The notes beneath the pieces were generated by a model, which saw only the letters and a program-made list of their open reading frames with translations, was not told where the DNA came from and made no database searches. Position numbers and translations under genes: made by a program. Positions 10,850-23,026 of a DNA stretch of 64,000 nt are shown in pieces. How positions within the stretch are numbered: position 1 is the first letter of the stretch; each line of letters opens with the position of its first letter. This stretch comes from Rebecca billardiae RCC1528 (taxonomy: Eukaryota; Protista; Haptophyta), in NCBI GenBank assembly GCA_965240325.2, contig OZ251224.1, positions 1,178,001 through 1,242,000 of the forward strand, given 5' to 3'.

Positions 10850-12009
10850 CCGCTGCGTGTCTGGTCAGTTCCGGTGACCGGTGACGGGTCCGACGGACGC
10901 GCAGGCTAACAGCGCATCAGTCACGTTGGACGCGGCTGACGAAGTGACGACGATAAGCTACATGTAGTAGTTACACGTCAACATATGATGTGTACGTGGT
11001 GTTACTGCGATGTCATTGATGGCGGCACAAACTATACGACCAGCATCATATCGATGATGATCGAGTAATAGCAGTAGTAGTCTGCGGCGCTGCTTAATCA
11101 GTACTACTTAGTTCTGCTGCCATTCAGACGGACTCGACGATCTACTAGACTGCTACCGATTGATATGCGACATACGACGCGCGACTAACGAGTCTGGCTG
11201 ACGGCACTGAGTGACTGACGACGCGACGCGGGTCCGACGACTTATTGCTCATGCTGCTGCGCTGACTAAGTAGTATAGCATTGTAGCAATGATGGCTTAT
11301 TGAGCAGTGTCGCAAACGTAACGTACCGCCTGCCACCGACACCGACTAATACGCTAGAAACGTCTGAACAGTCAGTCAGACTGTCAGTGACTGCTCCTAA
11401 GAGACGTACTCAGCAGTAGTAACTCAGTAGACCGGTCGACCGGGTCGTGACGCGCCGATGAGCCCGATGACGACGTGACACGTCGTCGTAGCTGACTGCT
11501 ACGAGTAGTATTAGCCGAGCGAGTGAACTCTAGCAGCGACGCTAATAAGATTCATGATGGGCCTCCGGCTCCCGAGTTAGGACCTGACGCGGCCTCTGGT
11601 CTGACCTGAGGCTGGCGGTCGGCGGACACGGTCATGGCGCGGTCCGTCGGAACGACGGACGTCGCCGCTAACAGTCACATATGCATGCATGACATATTAT
11701 AATAATACTGTATAGTTAATACTGACTCACACGGAATGGCCGCTCTGCCGTCACTCTGCCAGCAACTGAACTAGTCTGCCAGCAGCTACATAGACCGAGT
11801 ATGACATCTAGTACATAGACGACGCGTCGTCGTCGTCTTGGCTGGCGCCGTGCAGGCTAGATAGCACATCATGCAATGCCATTACGTCGCGGCTGCACTC
11901 ATTGCGTCTGTGACTTCGCAACGGTCAGTCACTGAGCAGCGCCTAGGTGCAGCGGCTGAGCGCGGCCAGCGGCTCGGACGGATGATTGAATCATTGATGT
12001 ACGGGCCGC

Positions 12010-12714
12010 TCACCGCGAGCTCGAAGCGGCCGACTCAGCGCCACATTCAGCCAGCCACTTGGCGTAGTCGGCGGGTAGGATCTCTGTGAACTTCGTGCGA
12101 GCCCCTGCCAGCAACGTGTTGCAGAGCTGCTCAGCTGCAGCGCGAGATGCAGCGTCGGGGACGGCCGAGAGCACCTGCGGGGCTTGACCTGACACCTCAA
12201 ACTCAACGTATGCACGGAAAAGCGGCATGGTCGCCGTCGGCGGTGATGCACGCACTTCGCCTCGCACCTTGATGCGGTACGAGTCAAGGCTGACCTGCTC
12301 CTCGAGCCCTGGTATGCGCCAGCCCTTTGAGAGAAACGCTGCCGAGCCATCGCGCGAGAAGATGTGCACGTCCACCTCTGGCCGAAGCTTGAGCACGAGG
12401 AAGTCGAGGGTCTGGAACCTGATCGTGTAGTGGTCGGCCTTGTCGAGCTCGTCGACTTGGGAGGGGTCCCATGACGCGAGGATGAGACGCTTCCCGCCCT
12501 CCTTCACGTAGTCAGCCACGGGGCGAGCGCCTGGCTTCACGGGTACGGTGAACTGCTCCTGGGCACCGAATGTGATGATGTCGCCCTCTCGCGAGTAGGA
12601 GAAGGACCGTGCGCTCGCAATCGGGACGGCACGCGCTGCCGAAGGCGTGCGGGCCAGTGGCGCCACACGCTGCACCGCGCTGATGGACGCGAGCGACACG
12701 AACGTCCAGAGCAT
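12010..12714 (-). CDS. DUF1997-like protein, probably plastid-targeted
   Basis: Hydrophobic signal followed by an Ala/Arg/Ser-rich transit-like segment. The core (ADYVKE..D...V..L....Y.I....L.FL.L.LRP.VDV; ends ADYAKW) resembles DUF1997. Confidence 0.6.
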   Translation of the reverse strand: MLWTFVSLASISAVQRVAPLARTPSAARAVPIASARSFSYSREGDIITFGAQEQFTVPVKPGARPVADYVKEGGKRLILASWDPSQVDELDKADHYTIRFQTLDFLVLKLRPEVDVHIFSRDGSAAFLSKGWRIPGLEEQVSLDSYRIKVRGEVRASPPTATMPLFRAYVEFEVSGQAPQVLSAVPDAASRAAAEQLCNTLLAGARTKFTEILPADYAKWLAECGAESAASSSR

Positions 12715-12838
12715 CTCGCTCGTCACGTCCGGTCGCTACAGTACCAAACGACGACGACGATCTCGCTGATGAATCTCCAGTCCTCGAGAAGGTTTCGGTC
12801 CCGCAGCTCATGATCTGGCTCCAAAGCCAGGGTCGGAG

Positions 12839-13952
12839 CAAGGGAGTCAAGGGTGCCCGCGCCCCAGTGGCGCGCTCGGCGGATGTGGGCACACAGATTT
12901 TTGCCCGACGCCTGCGGCGGGCGGCGGCGAGGGCGTGCTCCGCTGGCGGGGCGAGCGCACGGGGCACGGCGCTGCGGGCGCGGATGTGCCCGCGAAGCCG
13001 GCGCGTGCGGACGGGCTGTTGCGGGAGAGTATCTGGCGCCCTCCTGCGCCGCGCGTCTTGCGCAACGCCTCTTTCGCCTCGGCTCAGAGCAGCGCGCACG
13101 CACGCGCCGCCTCAAGGCCAGCCTTGCCTGCGCCGCAGCCGACCGCGCGCGCGCCGTGCGCGGCGTGGTCGGGAAGGAGCGGGCGCTGCTGCCGGGCGAG
13201 ATGGCGACACCATGCGCGCACGCCATGCCGCCCCGCCACGCCTTGACGAGCGCGTCGTCGGTCTGTTTGCATGCCTCTTTGACTTGTCACAAATGTTGTG
13301 CACGGCCTCGCGGTCGTGACCCTTGTCGGGACGATCATTGAGACACAGAACAGTGCCAGACGGGCACGCGGGCTACTCTTACATGAATGTTCATCACCGC
13401 GTGGTCATGCAGACGTGCTGGGTGCGACGCTTTCCTCGCGCTGATGCTCTTTCATCATCTTCTTCGAGCTCAGGTCTGGCTTCAGGCACGGCAAGAAATC
13501 AGCACTCGTCAACAGCTGTGCGGATCCGTTCTCGTGCCCATTCGCGGCGCCACGGGGCGGCATGGCGTGCGCACGCGATGTCGCCATCTCGCCCGGCAGC
13601 AGCGCCCGCTCCTTCCCGACCACGCCGCGCACGGCGCGCGCGCGGCCGGCTGCGGCGCGGCAAGGCTGGCCTTGAGGCGGCGCGTGCGTGCGCGCTGCTC
13701 TGAGCCGAGGCGAAAGAGGCGTGGCGCAAGTCGCGCGGCGCAGGAGGGCGCCGAATGCTCTCCCGCAACAGCCCGTCCGCACGCGCCGGCTTCGCGGGCA
13801 CATCCGCGCCCGCAGCGCCGTGCCCCGTGCGCTCGCCCCGCCAGCGGAGCACGCCCTCGCCGCCGCCCGCCGCAGGCCGCGGGCAAAAATCTGTGTGCCC
13901 ACAATCATCCGCCGAGCGCGCCACTGGGGCGCGGGCACCCTTGACTCCCTTG
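12839..13952. mobile_element. Non-autonomous foldback DNA transposon with ~400-bp terminal inverted repeats and a 7-bp target site duplication
   Basis: Begins CAAGGGAGTCAAGGG and ends CCCTTGACTCCCTTG. Arms ~12839-13235 and ~13553-13952 are near-identical inverted copies. GTCGGAG flanks both sides (12832-12838, 13953-13959). Confidence 0.88.
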
Positions 13953-14137
13953 GTCGGAGTTTGGCGAGGGCCGCACCGATGTTCGACGCCACGGTGAGGG
14001 GACTTCCTTCACTCATCATGACACTGTGATGGCTTCGCGTCATCTTGCACGCCCGCGCCCATGAGCAGAGTCTATGACGTACATGGCATCAGCCTTCAGC
14101 ATCGTCATTCACGATTGAGGGCGCGGTGCGTCAGCTG

Positions 14138-16540
14138 CTACACCTGCTGCAGGGCCCCAGTCGCGGTATCGTCGTCCGCGTGGTCCAACACTGTCACAAC
14201 CGGCGCGATGGTATCCACCGGCGGCGCGGGCGTAGCTCCCGGTAGGTCCGCAACGGCAGCGGGGACTGTTGCCACTGGGACCAAGTCGTCTGGGACCAAG
14301 TCATCGGTCACGGCCGCAGCCGCGATCGCTTCCGCCGCGCTGGGAGCTTGCTGCGACGCCTGGATGGAGGGAACTTGGGCGGGCAGCGTGACTTCCTCCA
14401 GCTGCACGGAGTCGATGGTGCCGGCGCCGGGCGACGCGCCGCTTTCGGGCGCGGCGGCCGGCACCGCCGCGACGACGGCCACGTTGGCCTCGGGCTGGTT
14501 GAGCGGGAGCCAGCGAGCCAGCCGGCGGACGACGACATCGATCAGGGTCGCGCGCCTGCCTCCGCGCCCCGCGGCCGCCTCGTCGAGCTCGGCCGTCGCG
14601 AGCAGTGCGACCAGCGCCTGCACGCTCACCAGCGCCAAGTCAGGCGGCGACTCCTCGCCCGCGGCGGCACCGTCCGCCGCCCGCGCGTGGATGTCCATCG
14701 CCAGCGCCTCCGTCACGAGGGCGCGCGCGCGCTCTGGACTGAGAGGCTCGTCGGTGCCAAGCGTGCTCAGCGCGCGCACGAGCAGCTCGGCGTCGACGTG
14801 CGTCTCGCCAGCCCCGAAGAAGAGCTCGAGCGCCGCGACCACCGTCGCCTTGTCGCACGCCTTGCCGGCCTCGCGCCGCTGCTCCGCGCCGTGTGGCGAG
14901 TCTGGCCGCGAGGCCTCGATGTCCGTCGAGGAGAGCTCCGCGTAGGCGTGCCGCGCGCGCAGGCGCGGGGGCGTGGCCACGGCGTCGGTGGGAGGCGACG
15001 CGGTGCGGGAGCGGCCGAGCCTGCCACCGACGCCCGCCCCGTCGGCCTGCGTCGGGGGCCCGTGCATCGTGCTGTCGGCGCCGAGCGCGTGCGCTGTCGG
15101 CAGCGAGTGGCGCTCGTCCACCGCGCCCGGCCTCGAGGCGGTGGTGTCCCCTGGGCGCAGGGTGGGGATGAGGTCGTCGGGGTGCGGCGGGGCGGCCGAC
15201 GGCTGCCCCGGCGCGCTCAAGCTGTTCGCGGTCCCTGCCTGACTGCTGCCTTCGCCGGCCTGGCCCTCGCCGCTGTGCGCGCTGCCGTTGTCCGCCGCCT
15301 CCCCCGCCGCGTCGGCGCCGCTGCCGGCGCCGTGCGGCGGCGGCCCTGCCTGCTTGCTCCGCCACGCATCCGCGAGCACTGACGCGGCCGCGTGCAGCTC
15401 GGCGAAGTACGGGTTGAAGGCGAGCTCGTCGTCGAGGAGGGTGGGCACCGTGGGCAGCGGCAGTCCCTCCCCGTTGCGCCGCCGCCTCGCGCGCAGCAGC
15501 GTGTTCGTCAGCCGCGCGTATCGCGCCGTCTGCTCGCCGGCACTGGAGCTCGAGCTCGGCCCGGGCTCTGCGATGGCTGCGCTGAGGAGCACCTCGGTGT
15601 ACTCGTGCCCGGGGAAGATGTACCCGTCGGGGTGGGGCGCGAGGAGGCGCCAGATGCGCGAGAACGCGGCGGACACGTCGCGCATCGTCCCCTCCATCGG
15701 CGAGCCGCACCCGCCGCAGAACATCGTGTCGCCCGTGAAGAGCACGCGCTGAGCGCCCGAGACGAGGAACATGACGCTGCCGACCGTGTGCCCGGGCGCG
15801 TCGATCACCTCGAGGTGCACGGCGCCGACGTCGATGGTGTCGCCACCGGTGACGGGGTGGGTGCACGCCGCCACCTCGTCGCGCGCGCCGCCGTACACGC
15901 GCACCTCCGGGAAGCGGCGGCTCAGCTCGACGTTGCCGCCCTGGTGGTCCCAGTGCTTGTGCGTCGTCAGTATCGCCTCGACGACGAGTCGCCGCCCCGG
16001 GTAGTGCTGCGCCTCGATGAGCTCGAGCTGCGCGAGCACGACGTCGGGCTCGGACGGGTCCACCAGCGCGCACGGGATCGGCGGCGCGACGTCGTCCGCG
16101 CCGCTGCCGAGCCCCGCCTCGTCGACGAGCAGGTACGCGTAGTTGTCCATGTGGCACGCGATCGTGAACACGCTCAGCGGCGCGCGCTCGATGGGCACGC
16201 GGATGGTGCGCGAGTGCAGCCGCATGCCCGTCCACCACTTGTACAGCCGGTACGCCTTGAGGTGCAGCTTGCCCAGCGACGTCGGGTACAGGTGCACCGA
16301 CGCGAGCGAGAAGGCAAGGTAGATCAGGGGGCCGACGAGCATTCGCGCGATGAGCATCGTCAGCGAGCCCAGGCCGAGCAGCAGCAGCGACGCGATGCCC
16401 GGCACGAGAGCGCTGACGGCGAGGAGCCGCATCGTGCTCCTGCGCGCGCGCGGCGTGCAGCATGCGCACCTCGCGCCCGGCGTGCCGAGCCGGTCGAGGA
16501 AGGAGGCCTGCGAATCCTGCCTGCTCGTCGTTGACGCCAT
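14138..16540 (-). CDS. PNKD-like / glyoxalase II-like metallo-beta-lactamase hydrolase with N-terminal TM segments and a long low-complexity C-terminus
   Basis: DNYAYLLVD, ILTTHKHWDHQGGN, PGHTVG, LFTGDTMFCGGCG, FPGHEY and E..FNP. THKHWDH is the PNKD-type variant of the metal-binding motif. Confidence 0.85.
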   Translation of the reverse strand: MASTTSRQDSQASFLDRLGTPGARCACCTPRARRSTMRLLAVSALVPGIASLLLLGLGSLTMLIARMLVGPLIYLAFSLASVHLYPTSLGKLHLKAYRLYKWWTGMRLHSRTIRVPIERAPLSVFTIACHMDNYAYLLVDEAGLGSGADDVAPPIPCALVDPSEPDVVLAQLELIEAQHYPGRRLVVEAILTTHKHWDHQGGNVELSRRFPEVRVYGGARDEVAACTHPVTGGDTIDVGAVHLEVIDAPGHTVGSVMFLVSGAQRVLFTGDTMFCGGCGSPMEGTMRDVSAAFSRIWRLLAPHPDGYIFPGHEYTEVLLSAAIAEPGPSSSSSAGEQTARYARLTNTLLRARRRRNGEGLPLPTVPTLLDDELAFNPYFAELHAAASVLADAWRSKQAGPPPHGAGSGADAAGEAADNGSAHSGEGQAGEGSSQAGTANSLSAPGQPSAAPPHPDDLIPTLRPGDTTASRPGAVDERHSLPTAHALGADSTMHGPPTQADGAGVGGRLGRSRTASPPTDAVATPPRLRARHAYAELSSTDIEASRPDSPHGAEQRREAGKACDKATVVAALELFFGAGETHVDAELLVRALSTLGTDEPLSPERARALVTEALAMDIHARAADGAAAGEESPPDLALVSVQALVALLATAELDEAAAGRGGRRATLIDVVVRRLARWLPLNQPEANVAVVAAVPAAAPESGASPGAGTIDSVQLEEVTLPAQVPSIQASQQAPSAAEAIAAAAVTDDLVPDDLVPVATVPAAVADLPGATPAPPVDTIAPVVTVLDHADDDTATGALQQV

Positions 16541-18917
16541 CGCGCCCGGCCCCGCGCGCGCGCGCGGAAAGTCCGGGCACAGGAGCAGCAAAAGAACTTC
16601 CCACTGGCCCACGTGGGCCCGGACCGGCGCCGCGCCCGTTGTACACATTCTATGATTTAACGACACAGGTAGGACGACGCGGGTCTCCTGATTCGTCGGC
16701 GGCAGAGAGTGACGATGATGATGAATAAACGTCAGTCTGTGTCAGTGCAGCAAGGTCGCTCTTTGGCTGGTGCGGCCATCGAATACACAGTATAGATCAA
16801 GCTGCTGCAACGACATCCGGGAGTCTGAGCTGAACTACAGTGAATAGTGATAGCCTGTCGTCAGTCAACCGTACCGGCGTGAGTCTCACCGACTCGAGTA
16901 TCAGCGATCATCGTCGAAATCGCCCGGAGAAGATTCTGACCGGGAGAACGCCTACAATATTACAGTTTATTTGTTTTAACGTGCGTAAGGCTCACGGTGG
17001 CAGGTTGCCGCGCCATCCTTCATCGCACGCTCTCCGAAGAGAGACCAGTATGACAGCACGTCGCCGTAGCGTATACTTATAATAACTTAAAGAATTATGC
17101 TGCCATCAAACAGCGTCTGTAGTTACATCACGTACTCGTTATTCTCGCGAGTCGTACGGACAATAACGGAGTACTGTACAGTAGTAATAATAGTCTGCCG
17201 CGCAGTCACTTGCCGCAGTGAATCTGAGTAGTTAGTACTTAGTTATTAAGTGATGCTGCATCTATATCTGCAACTACGGTCCGGGTCGAACGACAGTTGC
17301 CGCATCATACTGTATATCTGGCCTAGTGCAGACTTGTGAGACAGAACTCGGTGACACGGGCTCACTTTATTATTGTCGTCTTTAACTTCTGGAGCACGAC
17401 GAAGCTGACCACGTCACCACGACCCCGCCCGTACCCCGCCCCCCCCCCCCCCGGCCAATGACAATGGTCGTGTCATCGATATTCGATCACTCATGTCTCA
17501 TCGCCTCCTGACGGGACCTGGACGTGTACGCCGCTGCGCCCGCTCAGGCCGCTGCCGAACGGGGCCGAACGGGGCCATAAGAGGCATAAGACCTGACGAG
17601 AGCATAATCGTGGCCCGGATCCAGCCGCCCGCTCAGCCGAAGGCACATAGATGCGCGTGCCGCATGCACCGAAAGTACTGTACGGCTTCAAGCAGCGTGC
17701 GGATTCGAATGGGGGCGGTGCACACGACTGCTGAGCCGACGGCAGCTCCGCATGGTTTGCAGGGCTAAACTTGACGAATTAACGCACGGGCATCTCACAG
17801 CGATGGTTCGACCGCCAACCGATCACTCCTGTCGCCACGCAGGGGCGCCGTCCCCGACGTCGTTGTTATTGTTGTTGTCGTCAGCGATAGCGACGACGTC
17901 GACGTGGGCAGGCTGAGCGGCGTTCGGGCGTTTCACGCCAACTGGGGCCACTGCTGCTGGTGGTGCGACCGCGATTGGCTGCGCGCGCGTCTTTACTGCT
18001 GCATATGGCTGACAATGCAGTTCACCCTTGGCAGCCCCTGGCCCTGCACGGCCATGCGAGCGTGGATCTGCGCCCGCGGACGTCGCTAGTAACCCTTCAG
18101 CGCCGTCGAGCGCGATCATCGCGTCCTCAAATGACGCATTGTCGATCTCAGGTGAGGGCTTCCACTGAAGCACGGAATCCGCTACTCATACTGCATCCTG
18201 CTGACCTGTACACTATGACTACTGAGTACTGGGTTGCGGCGACCGGCACGCTCGCGGCCTTTGCGCCGGGGGTCGTAAACCCGTACTACAGTATCGCCCC
18301 GCCGCCGGGCCTAAGCCACGTCCGTGGCCTGTCGTGCGCGTGATATGCGCCTGTGGATCCTCCTGACCAAAGGTGTGATGGAGGGTAACCAGCTGGGTGC
18401 TCAGCGCAGATCAGATCAGCTGCAAGTGCAGCGAGCAGCCTTCAGTTGCCTGGCATGACGCAGCCTACGGCTACAGGGGGGTCCAGATGGTGGCGCCCAC
18501 TTTGGCGGTGGCTGGCCAGGGAGTGCTGACGACGGCGCAGTACCGATCGTCGACAAGTCGGCGTTGGGGTGGGCAGAGCACTGACCAGGTCTTTGCTCGA
18601 TCGAATATTCGTGTTTGATGCGCGACGATGGAACATCGTCATCATTAGATAATGAGTGGCTTACTAGCTTATGGGGGTACGTACGATAATCATAATAAAT
18701 TCCCCTTTATAACGGGCTCCGGGTGATCAGACTGGCAGCCGAAGCGTTATCCAACACTGCACAAAGACACCGCCACAAAACAGACCGGCGCAGTATCCAT
18801 ACAGACCATAGTAGAGACCATCGACAGTATCCATAGAGACCATCGCTGGTGCATGATGAAACATCATTGCATTTATCCTCGAGATATTCATCTCGGTACT
18901 GTGCAGTCAGATGCAAC

Positions 18918-18961
18918 TTTACTAAGAATCAGAGACGCACACAGCTCAGGCAGGCGAGATT
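18918..18961 (+). repeat. Solo terminus of the same MITE family
   Basis: TTTACTAAGAATCAGAGACGCACACAGCTCAGGCAGGCGAGATT. Confidence 0.7.
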
Positions 18962-19196
18962 GTACTTCATCATGAGTACTCAGTAACGGACGGTGTCCTT
19001 GATGAGCACAACCCAGACCTCCATTGATGGCGGCATCACGGCGATGCTTCGATCGAATGCTTGGAACCATCTTTGCACCCGAGTCCAATTAAGATACTGT
19101 GCGGCAACGCGCCCCTTGGTCACCTGCACACCTGCTGCGCCGGTCTGTTAACCGAGTGTGCGCACACAGTCAGATTTCGCCCGAGCCGCCAGGCGG

Positions 19197-20381
19197 ATGG
19201 CGAAGCGAGCGCCGGAAGCGCCGACAGGCACGAAGCCGCCGAGGGTCAAGTGGACGCGGGAGCTCCACGCCACGTTTGAGGCGGCCGTGAACGCTCTTGG
19301 CGGCTATGGGACTGCCAAGCCGGCGCAGATCCTCGCGCGGATGAGCGTGCCAGGCTTGACGCGGACCCATGTCAAAAGCCATCTGCAGAACTGCACTTCC
19401 AGCAAGCGCACGGAGAACGAACCGCTCGTCGCCGCGGCCGCCGCCCCCGTGTACCCCTCCCCCGCTTTCGCCGCGGCGGCCATTTCGACCCACGTTGACG
19501 TTGGCCCGCTTCCTGTCGGCCCGTGCTGTTCGAACTTTACCGACGCGCACGGGTGCGCGGCCGCTTCGTCGTGGACGGGCGTGCATCCTCCTGAGGCGCG
19601 GTGGTCTGAGCACACATACTGCTGCGGACCGGCCACCGCCGCGGCCCCCGTGGACACGGGCCCGCAACCACAGCCGCAACCGCCTCTGCCGCCACAGCAC
19701 ACGAGCCAGCCAGCTCCGTCGTGGCAGGGCTACTACTGCCTGCCACAGTGCGCTCCAACGCGTGATGGTGCAGCGTACCAGTCCTGGTCAGCGTGTGCTA
19801 CTCCTCAGCAGCAGCTGCTGCCGTCGCCGCAGCAGCAGCAGCAGCCGCAGCAGCAGCCATTGCGGTTTCCGCAGTACACCAACAACAGCAATGCGCCACC
19901 GCCGCCGCCGCCGCCGCCGCCCTACCACTACTATGGACAGCAGCACAGCTGCTGGGTGTCGCACAGCGTCCACGGAGTGGGCATCCAGCCAGCGCAGCAC
20001 GCTGGCAGCACTGGCGGCGGCGCGGCCGAGCAAATGGCCGGCGGCTCCCCGCTGCCGCAGCTCATGCGGCTCCCGGGCGCGGGGTGTGGTTTGCCGGGCA
20101 GCCTCGACGGCCACAGCAGTGCCCGCCACGATTTCGACAACGACTCCTGGGAGGAGCAGGTCATGTTGATGTTTGGCGAGCAGGAGCGCCTGCAAGCTGA
20201 GCTCGCGCGCATGATTGGCGAGTGCATCACGGCGGTGCGCGTGCGCAAGGCGGCAGGAACGCTCGAGGTGACGAAGGACGTGCGCACGGCCTCCACCAAC
20301 ATGCAGTTCGCCCTGCGTCTCCTGGTCAAGAAGTACGAGCAGCTCGTCTCACTGCTCGAGGCGGATGAGCCTGCCGGCTGA
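19197..20381 (+). CDS. GARP/SHAQKYF-class Myb-like transcription factor
   Basis: KPPRVKWTRELHATFEAAVNALGG..AKPAQILARMSVPGLTRTHVKSHLQ, followed by a Q/P-rich region. Confidence 0.85.
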   Translation: MAKRAPEAPTGTKPPRVKWTRELHATFEAAVNALGGYGTAKPAQILARMSVPGLTRTHVKSHLQNCTSSKRTENEPLVAAAAAPVYPSPAFAAAAISTHVDVGPLPVGPCCSNFTDAHGCAAASSWTGVHPPEARWSEHTYCCGPATAAAPVDTGPQPQPQPPLPPQHTSQPAPSWQGYYCLPQCAPTRDGAAYQSWSACATPQQQLLPSPQQQQQPQQQPLRFPQYTNNSNAPPPPPPPPPYHYYGQQHSCWVSHSVHGVGIQPAQHAGSTGGGAAEQMAGGSPLPQLMRLPGAGCGLPGSLDGHSSARHDFDNDSWEEQVMLMFGEQERLQAELARMIGECITAVRVRKAAGTLEVTKDVRTASTNMQFALRLLVKKYEQLVSLLEADEPAG

Positions 20382-20651
20382 CAATGTCAGCAGACGTGTG
20401 AGTGGCCGGCGCAGAGCAGTGAGTCCTACATACAGTTCTGACTGCTGTACCTACCCGCAGCCGCCGATTCGCCGCTGGCAGCCTGAATAGCATGCATCAT
20501 CAACCCTGACAGGGTGAAATCGTTCGTCGGTCCGTCCCGGCCGCGGGCCGGGGGGCTCGCCGCCCGAGCGGGGGCGCCAAAGACGGTCGCTCAGCGTCAG
20601 TGGGCCCCGGGATCCTAGCTACTGTGCCTACTGTCTAGGAGCTACTAGCTA

Positions 20652-21030
20652 CAGTTGACTATGAATAAGAGACGCACATAGCTCAGGTACCCCATAGAGG
20701 GGCAACACTATCTAGGAAGGACACATCACTGTGAACTCGAAGAACCTGCCCTGCCAGGCTGATGGACTGGTTACTGGTCAATAACGATTCATGCATGCGC
20801 GTTAAATGGCATTATTCATTCATTCAATCTAATGGCGCCGCTCGTCGGGGCGCCCGGGGCGCGAGGTGCCTGGCAGTGCGCCTGCTTATGAGCGCGGTTA
20901 GACTTAGTTACAAAATACATCAGCAGGCGAAGTCGCGGGCACGAGCTTACTGCGCAGAAACAGCCGTAGTGAGAATGCTAACGTAGAAATGTCAGAGGTA
21001 CTGTGTGCGTCTCTTATTCTTAGTAAACTG
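20652..21030. mobile_element. Tc1/mariner-type MITE (~380 bp) with CAGT termini and TA flanks
   Basis: TA|CAGTTGACTATGAATAAGAGACGCACATAG ... CTGTGTGCGTCTCTTATTCTTAGTAAACTG|TA, i.e. ~30-bp imperfect TIRs with TA on both sides. Confidence 0.75.
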
Positions 21031-22142
21031 TAGTGTCGTACTCTTTCTGCTGTCTATTTGCTAGCTATCTAGAAACTGATCCTGATAGCGATTAAGCCGA
21101 CCGCGTCAGGCAGCGCCAGCGCGGTCAGCGCTGGAGGCGCGAGGCGCGCGCGCCGCCAGTCGTGACCATATCAGACCCGACGAGACCCTGCGCGTCGGAC
21201 GGTGACCGGAGAATCCGGAGATGCTCAGATGGCTGACGACAACCTCGTTCGTCACAGACATCTGACTCTGTCCTGGAGTCCGGCCACCCGGAAGAAATTA
21301 ATGTGCGCAGTGACCCGCCGACTCAGAACGCGCCGATGTGGCCGCGCGATCACTGACATGACTATGATGATACATGACAGGGTGCTGCGCGAGATCGCGC
21401 AAGAGCAGACGAAGTTTATAAGTGTCATGACGACGCCCACTACGACTTATCGAGGCACTGCGAGACGCCGAGACCCAGCAGTGCTGTCCCAGCAGCGCAC
21501 GTGTCACGGCAGCATACTTGGACGAGCGCAACAGCGCGCCGACAGGATGAGTAGTAGTATGGAACGTGGAGCCCCACTGTCGGTTGGGGAAGGCGTGTAT
21601 TACGCGGCATGACTGGGGTAGCTTATCACACAGAAGGCCTGGCCCTCAGGTGATATGTGCCCCAGTATGGCGTGTCGGCCTCAAAGCCGGCGGCAGGGTC
21701 CTGTTGCCCGGAGGGTTCGCTGGCTCACCAGCTGCGAGGGCCGGGGCGTCCGGCTGTTTGCGCTTGCGGGCTGGGGCAGGCACTGGTGCCACCCCACCGC
21801 GTGTGCCTGCCTGCATGTATGGCTGTTGCCCAAGGTCCGCCTCGGCGGGCTGCTCCCGGGCAGGCTGTGCCTGCACGCCGGGTGCGCGCGAAGCGTCGTC
21901 TCGCTGGTGAGGAGCTGCAGTGATGCCTGCTCCGCGCGTGCGGCGCTGGCACAGCCTGGCAGACTTGCGCAGGGGCGGGGCCTCAGGCACCGCAGGTGTC
22001 GGGGGTCTGGGCTGGTCAGGGGCAGGGGGGGCAGGCCAGAGGGGCTGCTGCAGGGCATCAGAATCTGGGCGGCCCCGTTTGGCCGGCAGGCCACGCCCCA
22101 TGATGGCCATGCCCGTGACAATGCGTCGAACTCGAAGCTGCA

Positions 22143-22144
<2 letters not shown>

Positions 22145-22222
<78 letters not shown>
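22145..22222. repeat. (TA)n microsatellite
   Basis: Directly visible. Confidence 0.98.
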
Positions 22223-22225
<3 letters not shown>

Positions 22226-22292
22226 GGCGACCGTCGCAGCGCGTGACGAGCTGTGACGTCATGATCGACTCCGCCGCTGTTAATTGACTGTT

Positions 22293-22545
<253 letters not shown>

Positions 22546-22911
22546 AGCGTAATTTAAATAAATACATCAGAAATTACTTCAACAAAGTAGTTAGATGAAT
22601 TAAATGACAAAATTTAGTGGGGTCAGAGCCCCGACCGTTTCACTCCCGAGTGACACAATCTCCCGAAATATCGAATTATCTCTTCGGTTTATAACTGTTT
22701 GAGTCCGTTTAACTTCGTTTAGGCTCAATTCCAGGGTGTAGAATCCGCCTGTGCCAATTTCAGACGGCCAAAATGTGATCTAGCCGGTGCGATTCTGGTG
22801 CAAATAGCGAGATCGCCTTGGAGTTGGAGATCGTATCTCCCCTACTGATTCTGACTGATGTGGCTGAGATCGCGTCTAGATTGAGGTCGATATCTCCCGA
22901 CTCTGAGACAG

Positions 22912-22940
22912 TATATATGTATATCTATATATATATATAG

Positions 22941-23023
<83 letters not shown>
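22912..23023. repeat. Compound (TA)n(TG)n microsatellite
   Basis: Directly visible. Confidence 0.95.

Positions 23024-23026
<3 letters not shown>

Noticed and set aside
12723-14043. Mirror-image ORFs on both strands
   Set aside because: They are by-products of the foldback inverted repeat, with no transposase motif.
17400-18650. Possible retroelement remnants (poly-C tract at ~17440, gag-like fragment at 17823-18173; similar hints at 5735-6037 and 21200-22140)
   Set aside because: No RT, integrase or zinc-knuckle motif could be recognised. Too degenerate to call without a search.
18918-18961. Dispersed 45-bp motif as a spliced leader or ncRNA
   Set aside because: It occurs as an inverted TA-flanked pair at 20652-21030, which is better explained as a transposon terminus.
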